From: Candidatus Latescibacterota bacterium
GTDB lineage: Bacteria > Latescibacterota > UBA2968 > UBA8231
Assembly (NCBI GenBank): GCA_965243025.1
Contig: CBDETY010000003.1
Span: 6,336,001 to 6,400,000 of the forward strand
Direction: 5' to 3'
Length of the DNA stretch: 64,000 nucleotides
Positions 9,288-18,592 of the stretch are shown here, piece after piece. The position numbers were made by a program, and so were the translations under genes. The notes beneath the pieces are model-generated. The model was not told where the DNA came from, ran no database searches, and saw only the letters and a program-made list of their open reading frames with translations. Position 1 is the stretch's first letter. Each line of letters starts with the position of its first letter.

Positions 9288-9773
9288 ATGAACCTCAACT
9301 TCCCGCTGCCTCAGCAGGACCCCTGTTTCTTTTGCGAGATCGTAGCCGACCCGCAGGTGAATCTTGTTGAGGAGACCAATCTGGTTTTTGCCCGGGTGAA
9401 TGGGCGTCAGTATCTGGAAGGCCAGTGTGTGGTTGTTCCGAAACGGCACGCGCCGACCTTGTTTGACTTGAGTGATCTGGAAATGAACGAGGTTCTCAAG
9501 CTTGCCAGGCGCGTTGGAAGGGCGGTATCTGCCGCCGTCGGAGCGGAAGGTCTGCTTCTCTACCAGAACAATGGCGTAGCGAGCGGTCAGGAGGTTCCGC
9601 ACTTTCACTTGCACGTTGTGCCTCAGTGGATGACAGGTTCTCAAAAGGGCAAATTCCCCCCGCACATATGCCGTTCAGAAGGAATCGTTTATGAGAAGGT
9701 GGGGCCAACTCGCCTCAATGCGGAGGAACTCGCGCAGATGAGCGCCAGGATCCGCGAGCACTTACCGGATTGA
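9288..9773 (+). CDS. HIT family nucleotide hydrolase
   Basis: CFFC, VVPKRH, GQEVPHFHLHVVP. Confidence 0.92.
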   Translation: MNLNFPLPQQDPCFFCEIVADPQVNLVEETNLVFARVNGRQYLEGQCVVVPKRHAPTLFDLSDLEMNEVLKLARRVGRAVSAAVGAEGLLLYQNNGVASGQEVPHFHLHVVPQWMTGSQKGKFPPHICRSEGIVYEKVGPTRLNAEELAQMSARIREHLPD

Positions 9774-9824
9774 TTGTACATATCTGCTAACAACTGGATG
9801 AGGGCGGCATAGGGAAGAAAGACC

Positions 9825-10190
9825 ATGACTGGCCAATTTATAGATGCCAGAACGTTTATCGGAACCACGGTCAAGGTGACCATTGACCGGCCTTTCGGCT
9901 CAAGACATCCTGAAGCCGGCTTCATCTACCCTGTCAATTACGGATTCCTTCACGGCGTGCCATCCCCTGACGGAGAAGACCTGGACGCCTATGTCCTGGG
10001 TGTTTTCCAACCGGTGGAGACATTCACAGGAAAATGTATCGCGGTTATTCAACGATCTGACGATGATGATGACAAGCTCGTTGTCGTACCCGCTGGCAGG
10101 GACTTTTCCGACGAGCAGATTCTGGCTTTGACGGAATTCCAGGAACGGTTTTTCGAGTCATCGGTAACCCGTGAAGTCGTTGCATCCTGA
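9825..10190 (+). CDS. Short family I inorganic pyrophosphatase-like protein
   Basis: YPVNYGF, DGEDLDAYVL, DDDDKLVV. Confidence 0.88.
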   Translation: MTGQFIDARTFIGTTVKVTIDRPFGSRHPEAGFIYPVNYGFLHGVPSPDGEDLDAYVLGVFQPVETFTGKCIAVIQRSDDDDDKLVVVPAGRDFSDEQILALTEFQERFFESSVTREVVAS

Positions 10191-10349
10191 AGATTGGCTT
10201 CAGGAAGAAAAAGTTCATCTGGCTGCGCCGTAAGGCCCCGCCGGCTGGTTGTCCTTTGGCCTGTGGTCCCGTCGTTGTGCTACGGGTTTGGAAACCGCGA
10301 GACGTTAAAGAAACCTGGGAATGAGGAAGAATCACGCAATAGAGGTCTC

Positions 10350-11360
10350 ATGGCCATTTTCCATACCCTCGTACTGACAACCCTGGTCCTGATTGGACCG
10401 GTTCACGCAGAGAGAAATACCGTGCCGCAAACAGCGACCCAGCAGGACTTCACTCCACGGAACGAGTTCGATTGCCCGTATGTCCAATATGACTTTCCGA
10501 GCGTACTGATCGGGGTAGCCGAATATGACGAAGGACCGACAGGTTGTACGGTGATCGAATTTGCCCACGGCGCCGAGAGTGTTGTCGATGTGCGCGGCGG
10601 GCTGCCTGGAACCGTGATGGGCACCCAGGACGAAGATGGCCACACGAGCGCCATCTGCTTCGCGGGTGGATCACTGCTCGGATTCGAGGCGATCGCTGGA
10701 GTAACTGTGGGACTTACGGCCAGAGATGAGAGTAATCCCCAACCAGTGAGGGGGGCCATCATCTGGGATTTCGGGATGCGGGACAACAGGGTCTATCCGG
10801 ACAAACGGCTCGGTCTCGCAGCCATCGATGCACTCAAGACCGGTACTGCCCCTGTTGGTCCACGCGGCGCAGGCCGTTCCGCCACGGTGGGCAAGTGGCT
10901 GGGGAAGCCGTATCAGCCGGAGGGTGGCGGTCAAGGGGTTGGTTTTTTCAAACTCGGCCAGCTGAGGGTATTGGCCTTGACTGTTGTGAATGCCGTCGGG
11001 GGGATAACGGATCGAACAGGGAATCCGGTTCGGGGTCATCTCGACCCTGGCACCGGGGAAAGAGCGGTGGTCGAAGATTTAATGGACATCCAACCCCGGA
11101 TTGCCCCGGTGAAAGGGAACACAACGCTGACGGCGATCGTAATCAATGCGAAGATGGAACGGGACGATCTCCGTCAAATGGCCAGGGCGGTGCATGCATC
11201 GATGGCGCGCGTCATCCAGCCCTTTCACACTCAAAGTGACGGTGACGTGTTATTCGCCGCGACGACCAATGAAATCGACTCGGAGAAAAACCGGTATGAG
11301 ATCGGGCATTTCGCATCGGAAGTGGTGATGGAAGCGGTCCTGCGATGCTACGGAGATTGA
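10350..11360 (+). CDS. P1/S58 (DmpA-like) aminopeptidase with signal peptide
   Basis: PTGCT, DVRGGLPGT, GGSLLG, VNAVG, GNTT cleavage site, PFHTQSDGDVLF; start placed at ATG 10350 after GAGG. Confidence 0.88.
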   Translation: MAIFHTLVLTTLVLIGPVHAERNTVPQTATQQDFTPRNEFDCPYVQYDFPSVLIGVAEYDEGPTGCTVIEFAHGAESVVDVRGGLPGTVMGTQDEDGHTSAICFAGGSLLGFEAIAGVTVGLTARDESNPQPVRGAIIWDFGMRDNRVYPDKRLGLAAIDALKTGTAPVGPRGAGRSATVGKWLGKPYQPEGGGQGVGFFKLGQLRVLALTVVNAVGGITDRTGNPVRGHLDPGTGERAVVEDLMDIQPRIAPVKGNTTLTAIVINAKMERDDLRQMARAVHASMARVIQPFHTQSDGDVLFAATTNEIDSEKNRYEIGHFASEVVMEAVLRCYGD

Positions 11361-11917
11361 GTCGGGTGATTATCCACATCAACGGCTATCCGGGTGTAGG
11401 CAAGCTGACGATTGCGAAGATACTGGCCGAGAAGCTGGGCGCCCGCCTGTTGGATAACCACAGCATCTACAACGTCGCCCTGGCTTTGACCGAGTTCAAA
11501 TCACCCGAGTATTACGAAACCATCCGTGCCGTTCGGGAGATTGCTTACAAACGGGTGTTGGAGGTTCCTGCCCGCATTCCGGTGATCCTGACAAATGCCC
11601 ACTCCTCCAATAGTGCATGGGGGAACGAGTGCTGGGATGCTGCAATTGACCTGGCTCGTTCACGCGGTGCGAAGCTGTTGATAGTCGTGCTGGAGTGTTC
11701 GCTCGAGGAAAACGCGCGCCGGATCCAGGGGTTGGACCGGGAGGCAAAGCGGAAGCCGCGAGACCCTGCGAGGTTTCGCGGCAATGCGGAGGATCGCCCT
11801 CTCCTGGACCGGGGTGGCGACCATCTCCTGCGTCTGGACGTTACTGAATTGGAAGCGGAAGAGTCCGCTTCGAGAATCGAGGAGTGGGTCCAATCCGTCT
11901 CCGGTGAAGATGCCTGA
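11357..11917 (+). CDS. P-loop kinase-like protein (AAA_33/nucleotide kinase type)
   Basis: Walker A-like NGYPGVGKLT, LDNH; TTG start overlapping upstream TGA (alternative ATG 11345). Confidence 0.8.
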   Translation: MSRVIIHINGYPGVGKLTIAKILAEKLGARLLDNHSIYNVALALTEFKSPEYYETIRAVREIAYKRVLEVPARIPVILTNAHSSNSAWGNECWDAAIDLARSRGAKLLIVVLECSLEENARRIQGLDREAKRKPRDPARFRGNAEDRPLLDRGGDHLLRLDVTELEAEESASRIEEWVQSVSGEDA

Positions 11918-12052
11918 GAGCTGGTCGCAGGTCCTTACAGCAACCCGTTTGGCACTGCGAGACATTTGGGGGGCTGGCCTTGGCCAACCCGCATATTAAG
12001 TGAAAACAGTTGCAGAAAATCGGATGAATACTCTGCCCTGAGAGAGCACACG

Positions 12053-12706
12053 GTGGCAACTGGAGTCGCAATTCGGAATTACCGGGCCTCGGATCGTGAA
12101 AATGTGAAACGGTTCGCAGCAGCGGATGAACACGAAAGGCCCGAATACCTGAAAAAGCATCCTCGATTGGGCGATTTCAGGGCGGACGGCCTGGCTCACT
12201 ATTACGATCTGGAACCCGAAAGCTTCTTCGTCGCCGAGTGTAATGGAGAATTTGCAGGCAACCTTCTTGGAGCAGTGGATAGCCTCGTCTCAGAACAGCG
12301 TGAGGAGACGTACACCCGGCGTCTCAGGAGAAGACGGTTGTTGTCGGGGGCGTACGGATTTCCAACCTGGCTTGTTCCAATCATTCGTACAGACCGTGCT
12401 CGCCCTGTGACGGCTCCGCCAGACGTTGACTTGCGCAGGTATCCCGCACATCTGCACATCGGTGTGAAGCGGGAATGGCGGCGGAAGGGTGTGGGCACCT
12501 CGTTGACGAACGCCTTTGAAGACTACCTCCGGACCAGGAACGTACCCGGGTACCATATCTACGCTTCCTCTTACCATCACGAGGGAGTTTCATTTTACCG
12601 GAAGCTCGGTCTTTGCGAAATCGGCGATTTCGAAAGACGCTTTCACGACGGCTTTCAGTGGAAGCAAGTGACCGAGTTTGTCTTCGTCAGGAAACTGATT
12701 GACTGA
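12053..12706 (+). CDS. GNAT family N-acetyltransferase
   Basis: YPAHLHIGVKREWRRKGVGTSL, FYRKLG; start uncertain. Confidence 0.88.
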   Translation: MATGVAIRNYRASDRENVKRFAAADEHERPEYLKKHPRLGDFRADGLAHYYDLEPESFFVAECNGEFAGNLLGAVDSLVSEQREETYTRRLRRRRLLSGAYGFPTWLVPIIRTDRARPVTAPPDVDLRRYPAHLHIGVKREWRRKGVGTSLTNAFEDYLRTRNVPGYHIYASSYHHEGVSFYRKLGLCEIGDFERRFHDGFQWKQVTEFVFVRKLID

Positions 12707-12890
12707 GAATCCCGGAGAGCAGACCCTGGACGATTTATTGGCCCCACTAAACGCACTCGTCGAGGCATTCGGGCGGCCCAGGTTTCCTTCCTGGGCGGGT
12801 GCAATTCTCGAACTTGCGGAGACAGGGGAAATCCACTGCCGGTTTGACCGGGTAATGGAAGCTCTGCGAGAGCAATCCAGGGGAAGATGA
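12699..12890 (+). CDS. Small hypothetical protein or gene remnant
   Basis: 63-aa ORF exactly filling the gap between two genes, helical composition. Confidence 0.35.
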   Translation: MTENPGEQTLDDLLAPLNALVEAFGRPRFPSWAGAILELAETGEIHCRFDRVMEALREQSRGR

Positions 12891-12891
12891 A

Positions 12892-13428
12892 ATGCCGATG
12901 ACCATCGACAATGTTCACTGGTTTCTCGACCTGTTTGAAGAACTGGGAGTTAAGGCCTGGATTGACGGTGGATGGGGCGTCGACGCCCTGCTGGGTGAAC
13001 CTGTCCGCCCCCACGATGACCTGGACATCATCATAGGGTGGCCGGAGTCACGAACTCTGACCGAAGCTCTCCTGGAGCGTGGATTCGTCGAGGTCGACAC
13101 CGATGACCGAAAGGATCGGAATTTCGTGATGGGACACCCGTCACATGGGCGGATCGATTTCCACGTTATCGAATTATCCGAAGAGGGTGGAGGAATCTAC
13201 GGTCCGGGAGAGATCGACTGGACCATCTCGGAATCGGAGCTGAATGCCGAGGGGACTATTGGCGGGAGGACGGTGCGGTGTCTGTCGGCCGACTACCAGG
13301 TGCGGTCGCATTCCGGATACCCGTTGAAAGCAACGGATTTCGCCGACATGAATGCGCTGCACCAAAGATTCGGGGTCGAACTGTCCGAGGAGCAGAAGGA
13401 AGGGCTATTGCAAAGGAATGGTCGCTAA
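12892..13428 (+). CDS. Aminoglycoside/lincosamide nucleotidyltransferase family (ANT(2'')/Lnu-like)
   Basis: WIDGGWGVDALLG...RPHDDLDI, IDFH, HSGY...D..D motifs. Confidence 0.88.
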   Translation: MPMTIDNVHWFLDLFEELGVKAWIDGGWGVDALLGEPVRPHDDLDIIIGWPESRTLTEALLERGFVEVDTDDRKDRNFVMGHPSHGRIDFHVIELSEEGGGIYGPGEIDWTISESELNAEGTIGGRTVRCLSADYQVRSHSGYPLKATDFADMNALHQRFGVELSEEQKEGLLQRNGR

Positions 13429-14213
13429 GTGCCAGACTCCTCGACGATTCCGAGCAGGCTGTTCCAGCATTTCCAACGTATGGCGCATTCCTTGTAGTGG
13501 TCGCTCTGGCCGACGCCGAGGGGGTTGCCGAATGAAAGGACGTTCCTGGGGTCTTCCCGTTTTCCGTTCCAGTCGGTGGGCGCTTCCATCGCACCGGGAT
13601 CGTGGTTCCAGGTCGGCGACGTGTTGTCCCGGGTCCGTCGGAACAGGAACTTGATCATGTGCCGTTTGGCCGGCGAGCGGTTGGCGGCGGTCCCGTGCCA
13701 GAGATCGTAGTGGGTGAAGGCCATGGTCCCGGCCTTCAGGACCATCGGCACCTGCCCTCTGATATTGGTGTAAGTTGCCATCCTGTCGGTGGGTGCATTG
13801 CGGAACTGCGTACCCGGGACGATGATCGTCGGCCCCATCTCCGGGGTTATGTCGGTCGGGTAATACAGCCCCAGCAGCCGGTCGATGCGCGTTTCCCTGT
13901 TGTTGGTGCTGTCCTGGTGCCAGGACATGTGCCCGGCCCCGGGCTGTTTGCAGTGCCAGTGGCGGTGCCCCTGCACCTCGTAGTCCTCGCCCAGCAGGCT
14001 GACGAGGACGCCCCTTACCCCCGGGTGCTCGATCACCTGCCAGAGCTCCGGCACCACGTCGGTGATGGCGTCTCCGGGATTGGAGGTCAGGCCCTCCAGT
14101 CGATTGGCGATGCTCTCGTTGAGGCCCCCGGGAAGATCGAGCTCGAGCGTGTGATATCCGTTCACGATAAAGCCGGCCATCTCCATGTCGGTGAGCAGAA
14201 GGGCCTTATCCAT
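13425..14213 (-). CDS. Phytanoyl-CoA dioxygenase family protein
   Basis: FIVNGY, WHQD, GPTIIVPGT, DLWH, KF-x-F-x-R; start MDKALLL after GGAGG. Confidence 0.88.
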   Translation of the reverse strand: MDKALLLTDMEMAGFIVNGYHTLELDLPGGLNESIANRLEGLTSNPGDAITDVVPELWQVIEHPGVRGVLVSLLGEDYEVQGHRHWHCKQPGAGHMSWHQDSTNNRETRIDRLLGLYYPTDITPEMGPTIIVPGTQFRNAPTDRMATYTNIRGQVPMVLKAGTMAFTHYDLWHGTAANRSPAKRHMIKFLFRRTRDNTSPTWNHDPGAMEAPTDWNGKREDPRNVLSFGNPLGVGQSDHYKECAIRWKCWNSLLGIVEESGT

Positions 14214-14505
14214 CCTGAACCTCCTCCAGTTTCTGCAGAATGAACTCGTACCCGACCACGTCGAGATCCCTGTCGTCGATAGGCGCCTGGAGATGGGGGA
14301 ACTGCACGATCTGCCAGCCGTCGACGAGGGCGTCATGGACGGTGCGGTAGGGCCACTCCGGGACATCCGCGGTGATTTCCGCCCGGTACCCCTTGACGGG
14401 CTCGACCGGCGTGTATCCCAGGATTTCCGAGAAAACACTGGGCGTTCGCGCGTGCAGGTAGAGCAACCGCTGCCTTACTCCGCGGTTCGGTTGTGTATCG
14501 GGCAT
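14206..14505 (-). CDS. 99-aa hypothetical protein coupled to the PhyH gene
   Basis: MPDTQPNRGVRQRLLYL...PYRTVHDALVDGWQIVQFP...YEFILQKLEE; 8-bp overlap with PhyH start; host-like codon usage. Confidence 0.75.
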   Translation of the reverse strand: MPDTQPNRGVRQRLLYLHARTPSVFSEILGYTPVEPVKGYRAEITADVPEWPYRTVHDALVDGWQIVQFPHLQAPIDDRDLDVVGYEFILQKLEEVQDG

Positions 14506-14703
14506 GGTGTATGTTCTGCTTATCCGTCGGACTGCGGGGTGAACGATCCGGAGCTGAACGATTAAAGGTAAGAAGGGATTATTCCATTGCGCACCGGATC
14601 GCCATTCACGGCCACGACCTGATTCGCGTTCGAGGTTGGTGCACTCCTGAACGATTTCGGAAATGGGAAAAGAGCAATCAATAGACTTGAAAAATAACAC
14701 TTC

Positions 14704-15831
14704 ATGACGAAGTTGTTCGGAGTTGGTGAGACGAGGCCGCCGTTCATCCCTGGGCTGGAGCTCGCGGAAGGATTTTTCTCGGAATTGGTGCATCCGATGC
14801 TGGAGACGCACATACCGGACATGCGATTCTCGGCTGCTGTTCTCGGCGGCGGATCAGACGTGTTGGGGTTCGATACCGAAATGTCTGCGGACCACGACTG
14901 GGGACCGCGGGTCATGCTCTTCATCGAGCCGGACGGCTACGAGAAGCACACCCAGACAATTCGAACGCTTGCCATGGAACACTTACCGCTCATGTACAAA
15001 GGCTACCCGGTGCGCATTTATTCGCCGGAGGTTATCGATCCTGGGATACGGATGCGACAGAGGCCGAACGACCCCGGACTTGAGCCACGGATTGAAATCT
15101 TTACGATTCACGACTTTTTCCAGAAGCAGTTGGGAGTTGACCTCGACAAGTCCTTGGTTGCGGCTGACTGGCTGACAATGACACACAACGGCCTGCGTTC
15201 CATTGTGGACGGACGTGTTTTCCGCGACGACCTGGGGCTCCAGGGTGCGCGTGACCGTTTTGTCTGGTACCCACACGATGTCTGGCTCTATGTTCTTGCC
15301 TCCTGCTGGCTGCGGATATACGAAGACGAAACCTTGACCGGAAGGGCAGGCAGTGCAGGCGACAATCTGGGATCGGCGGTGATTGCATGGCGCCTGATCC
15401 GCGACATGATGCGTCTGGCTTTCCTGATGGAGCGCACTTATCCACCATATCCAAAGTGGCTCGGCTCGGCATTTGCGCAGTTGCATTGCGCTTCGGAACT
15501 CCTCCCCTTGTTGGAGCGCGTCGGTGCCGCCTCGGACTGGAGGGATCGCGACCGAGCTCTGGCCGATGCCTATCGCAAGCTCGCGGAGATGCATAACGCA
15601 CTCGAGCTGACGCCACCGGTCCCGTGCGAGCCAACGCGGTGTTCGGAACGACCCTTCACGGTCAGCGGAGCGGGCACGATTGCAGAGGCCCTGCGAAAGG
15701 AAATCCGCGATCCTTCTGTCACAGCGATAGCCGACAGGTGGATGATCGGCAGCATCGACCTGTTCAACGACAGCCACAGTTTGGACGATGATCCGAGACA
15801 AAGACGGCTGCTGTTGAAGCTCTATGAGTGA
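14704..15831 (+). CDS. DUF4037 domain nucleotidyltransferase-like protein
   Basis: GGGSDVLGFDTEMSADHDWGPR, GRVFRDD, YPPYPKWLG. Confidence 0.85.
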   Translation: MTKLFGVGETRPPFIPGLELAEGFFSELVHPMLETHIPDMRFSAAVLGGGSDVLGFDTEMSADHDWGPRVMLFIEPDGYEKHTQTIRTLAMEHLPLMYKGYPVRIYSPEVIDPGIRMRQRPNDPGLEPRIEIFTIHDFFQKQLGVDLDKSLVAADWLTMTHNGLRSIVDGRVFRDDLGLQGARDRFVWYPHDVWLYVLASCWLRIYEDETLTGRAGSAGDNLGSAVIAWRLIRDMMRLAFLMERTYPPYPKWLGSAFAQLHCASELLPLLERVGAASDWRDRDRALADAYRKLAEMHNALELTPPVPCEPTRCSERPFTVSGAGTIAEALRKEIRDPSVTAIADRWMIGSIDLFNDSHSLDDDPRQRRLLLKLYE

Positions 15832-16056
15832 CTGCGGGGACGACAAGAATCTCTGCTCCCGTTTCAGATATCACAGCAATTCACGCTGCATCCCCCACGC
15901 TCCCTGGGGCTTCGCCAATCCCGCGCTCCCAGGGTTGTGAATCGAGAAGACAATTTCGCCCCAACCGCTTCGCGGTGCGGAGGCACAGAAAGCGTTACAG
16001 GAAATGAAAGGATTATTGAAGGTTGCCCCCTCACATGCACATATAGAGGATAGCCC

Positions 16057-16476
16057 ATGTCGATAACAGGCCGGTGCCTCTGCGGCTCCGTCAGGTACCG
16101 CTCCGAGGCCAGCCCGCAATCAATGACTTACTGCCACTGCGATGACTGCAGACGCATGACGGGAAGCGCCTTCAACGTGGGTGTTGGCATCCCGCCGGAG
16201 GAACTCCATGTCAGTGGGGAGATTCGCGGATATTCGCTCGAAGACGATCACGGCCGCGTTCGGGAGTTCTGTCCTGCTTGCGGATCCCCCTTGTTCACAC
16301 GCTACCCGAACATGGTCTTTATCAAGGCAGGAACAATCGACAATTGTGAATCACTCAAACCGACGCGGCAGATCTGGACTGAAATGGCGGTACCCTGGTC
16401 GGAAATACCTGCCGACATCGAGAGCCACGTTCAGGGCGGCAGAGCAACGAAGTCGAAACGGGAAGCAGGCTGCTGA
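16057..16476 (+). CDS. GFA/CENP-V family Zn protein
   Basis: GRCLCG, CHCDDCRR, FCPACGSPL. Confidence 0.92.
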   Translation: MSITGRCLCGSVRYRSEASPQSMTYCHCDDCRRMTGSAFNVGVGIPPEELHVSGEIRGYSLEDDHGRVREFCPACGSPLFTRYPNMVFIKAGTIDNCESLKPTRQIWTEMAVPWSEIPADIESHVQGGRATKSKREAGC

Positions 16477-16591
16477 CACGTCAACTTGTGCCGCGCCGCT
16501 TGTGCTCCTCAGCTTTCGGCAACTCCCGGCAAGCCCGGGATTGCCAGGCGGCGGTAACGCGAGGCGGCCGATGGGGTGTGAACCTGCAGCC

Positions 16592-17392
16592 ATGGGTGTC
16601 AAAACTGAAAAAGAGCACCGGGGATTAACCGAAGCCGAAGCCCTGAAACCCATCCCGGACAGGGTGGTTGTCCTCACCTTCGATGACGGCAACAGGTCGG
16701 ATTTTTCTTATGTGGGACCGCTGCTGAAGTCCTGTGGTTTCGGAGCGACGTTTTTTATCACCGAAGGCCTGGGTTTCCTCGACAACAAGGCGCACTACCT
16801 CACGTGGGAAGAGATCCGGTCCCTGCACGAGGACGGTTTCGAGATCGGCAACCACACCCGTCATCACAAGGACGTCAACACCCAGTCCCAGGAAGAGCTG
16901 CTCGCAGACCTGGTTCACATCGACGAGCGGTGCAGGGAGCACGGTATCCCCGTGCCCGAGACGTTCTGCTACCCCGGGTATCACCACGGGCCGGACTCGG
17001 TGGAAGTGCTGATGGAAAGGGGATTCCGTTTCGCGCGGCGAGGGGTCGGGCCGGAATTCGCGTACAACCTGGTAGGAGGGCGCGGCCCGGCTTACGATCC
17101 GGACATCCACCACCCGTTGCTCATCCCGTCGACAGGGGTAGCAGGTCCGAACTGGGGGTTCGAGGATCTGGTCTGGGCGGTTGAGCAGGCGAAGGACGGG
17201 AGGATCGCCATCCTGACGTTTCACGGGGTGCCCGCCCTTGAACATCCATGGGTCGACACCTCACCCGGGCTGTTCGGGAACTGCATGAACTACCTTCGTG
17301 ACCGCAGCTGTACGGTTATTGCGTTGCGTGATCTGGCTGGATACGTCGGAACACCGGATACAACCGGGAAAGAGATTTCCTGTATTCCGTAG
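16592..17392 (+). CDS. Polysaccharide deacetylase (CE4) family
   Basis: VLTFDDG, ATFFI, EIGNHTRHH, FCYPG, LTFHG; start uncertain. Confidence 0.88.
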   Translation: MGVKTEKEHRGLTEAEALKPIPDRVVVLTFDDGNRSDFSYVGPLLKSCGFGATFFITEGLGFLDNKAHYLTWEEIRSLHEDGFEIGNHTRHHKDVNTQSQEELLADLVHIDERCREHGIPVPETFCYPGYHHGPDSVEVLMERGFRFARRGVGPEFAYNLVGGRGPAYDPDIHHPLLIPSTGVAGPNWGFEDLVWAVEQAKDGRIAILTFHGVPALEHPWVDTSPGLFGNCMNYLRDRSCTVIALRDLAGYVGTPDTTGKEISCIP

Positions 17393-17444
17393 AAGCTCGG
17401 TGCCGGGAGGGGAAGGTACCCTTCCAAATTCGGGACCTTCCCAT

Positions 17445-18389
17445 TCATCGCGCCACCCGTTCGAAGAGCACCGGTGTCTGGCGCATGTGTTCGATTACTG
17501 CCTTTGCCTGCGCTTCGGTCGCTGCGGCGATCGGGGGGCGCATGACACAGGTCTCGGCAAATCCCATCCCGAAGAACACCACCTGGTTGCGCGCCATCCA
17601 GTGGAGGTCGGGCAGCGCCAGTCCGCTTCGGGCCTCCTCCTCCAGCATCCCGATCACCTCGAGGTAGTTGTTCCCGTCGAGCAGCTCGAACATGCGCTGG
17701 CCGCGTTTGGGATTGAAAATCCCGGCGAACTCACCCTGGCCGGGATGGTGGTGGAAGAAGATGTAATGGGTGAACTTGCCGCCCCCGGTGATGCCCATGC
17801 GTCCTGAAAACCTGCGGACAATCTCCATGCGGTTTTCCAGGATGTAGATATCGTCCTTGATGCCGATGAATTGCTCCTCTTCGCAAAGTTCTTCGAAACG
17901 CTGAACCGGCAGCATCGTCTCGGAGGGGGCGCTCCAGGGCACAGGCAGGGCCACCGCGAGGAGAGGGATTTCGGTTTCCCTCGCCACGCCGCGGATGTAC
18001 TCCACGTAGAGCTCGCCGCAGTGGGAGGGGTTCTGCAAACAGTGCTCCGGCAGATGGACGAACGCGGCGTGCGCCCCGGCTTTCTCGAATGCCTGCACCG
18101 ACCTGACCGCTTCCCGCAGGGGACCGCCGCCCGTACAGGAGATGAACACGGCGTCGTCCCGCACCACCTCCATCACCGTGCGCGTCACCTCCACGATCTC
18201 GTCGGCGGTAACGAAATCGAGCTGGCTGTAGGTGAAGGTCAGACAAAAGTTTCGGGTATCGTTTTCGAGGTGCCAGGCTGCATACTTCGCCAGCCCTGCA
18301 TGATCGATCGAAAAATCGTTGCGGTAGAGGATCGGCAAGGGGACCATCTGGCGGTGAATCCGGTTGCGTATGTCGTCATAGTGACTCAT
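17445..18389 (-). CDS. Dihydrodipicolinate synthase/class I aldolase family, divergent
   Basis: DFSIDHAGL, GIKD Schiff-base Lys, MRPP near C-terminus; GTTGE motif replaced by FTYSQ. Confidence 0.75.
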   Translation of the reverse strand: MSHYDDIRNRIHRQMVPLPILYRNDFSIDHAGLAKYAAWHLENDTRNFCLTFTYSQLDFVTADEIVEVTRTVMEVVRDDAVFISCTGGGPLREAVRSVQAFEKAGAHAAFVHLPEHCLQNPSHCGELYVEYIRGVARETEIPLLAVALPVPWSAPSETMLPVQRFEELCEEEQFIGIKDDIYILENRMEIVRRFSGRMGITGGGKFTHYIFFHHHPGQGEFAGIFNPKRGQRMFELLDGNNYLEVIGMLEEEARSGLALPDLHWMARNQVVFFGMGFAETCVMRPPIAAATEAQAKAVIEHMRQTPVLFERVAR

Positions 18390-18474
18390 GGTTTTCTCCT
18401 TTTCAGATGGGGTGGGCCCGCGGTGACGGCGAAACAGGCGAATTCCCCGGGGGGCTCAGCGGTTTCCGGTCTGT

Positions 18475-18592
18475 CCGCCCGGGGACAGCCCGCCCTCGTG
18501 GATCGTCAGGCCGGGGGAGGGTGAGCTCGGCCCGGCCGCATGGTCGCCGCCGGGGACAGCCTGCCCTTGGGTAATCCTGCCTGGGGAGGTTG
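18475..18592. repeat. Degenerate direct repeat, 71-bp period
   Basis: CCGGGGACAGCCCGCCCT...GGGGAGG (from 18479) and CCGGGGACAGCCTGCCCT...GGGGAGG (from 18550). Confidence 0.6.
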
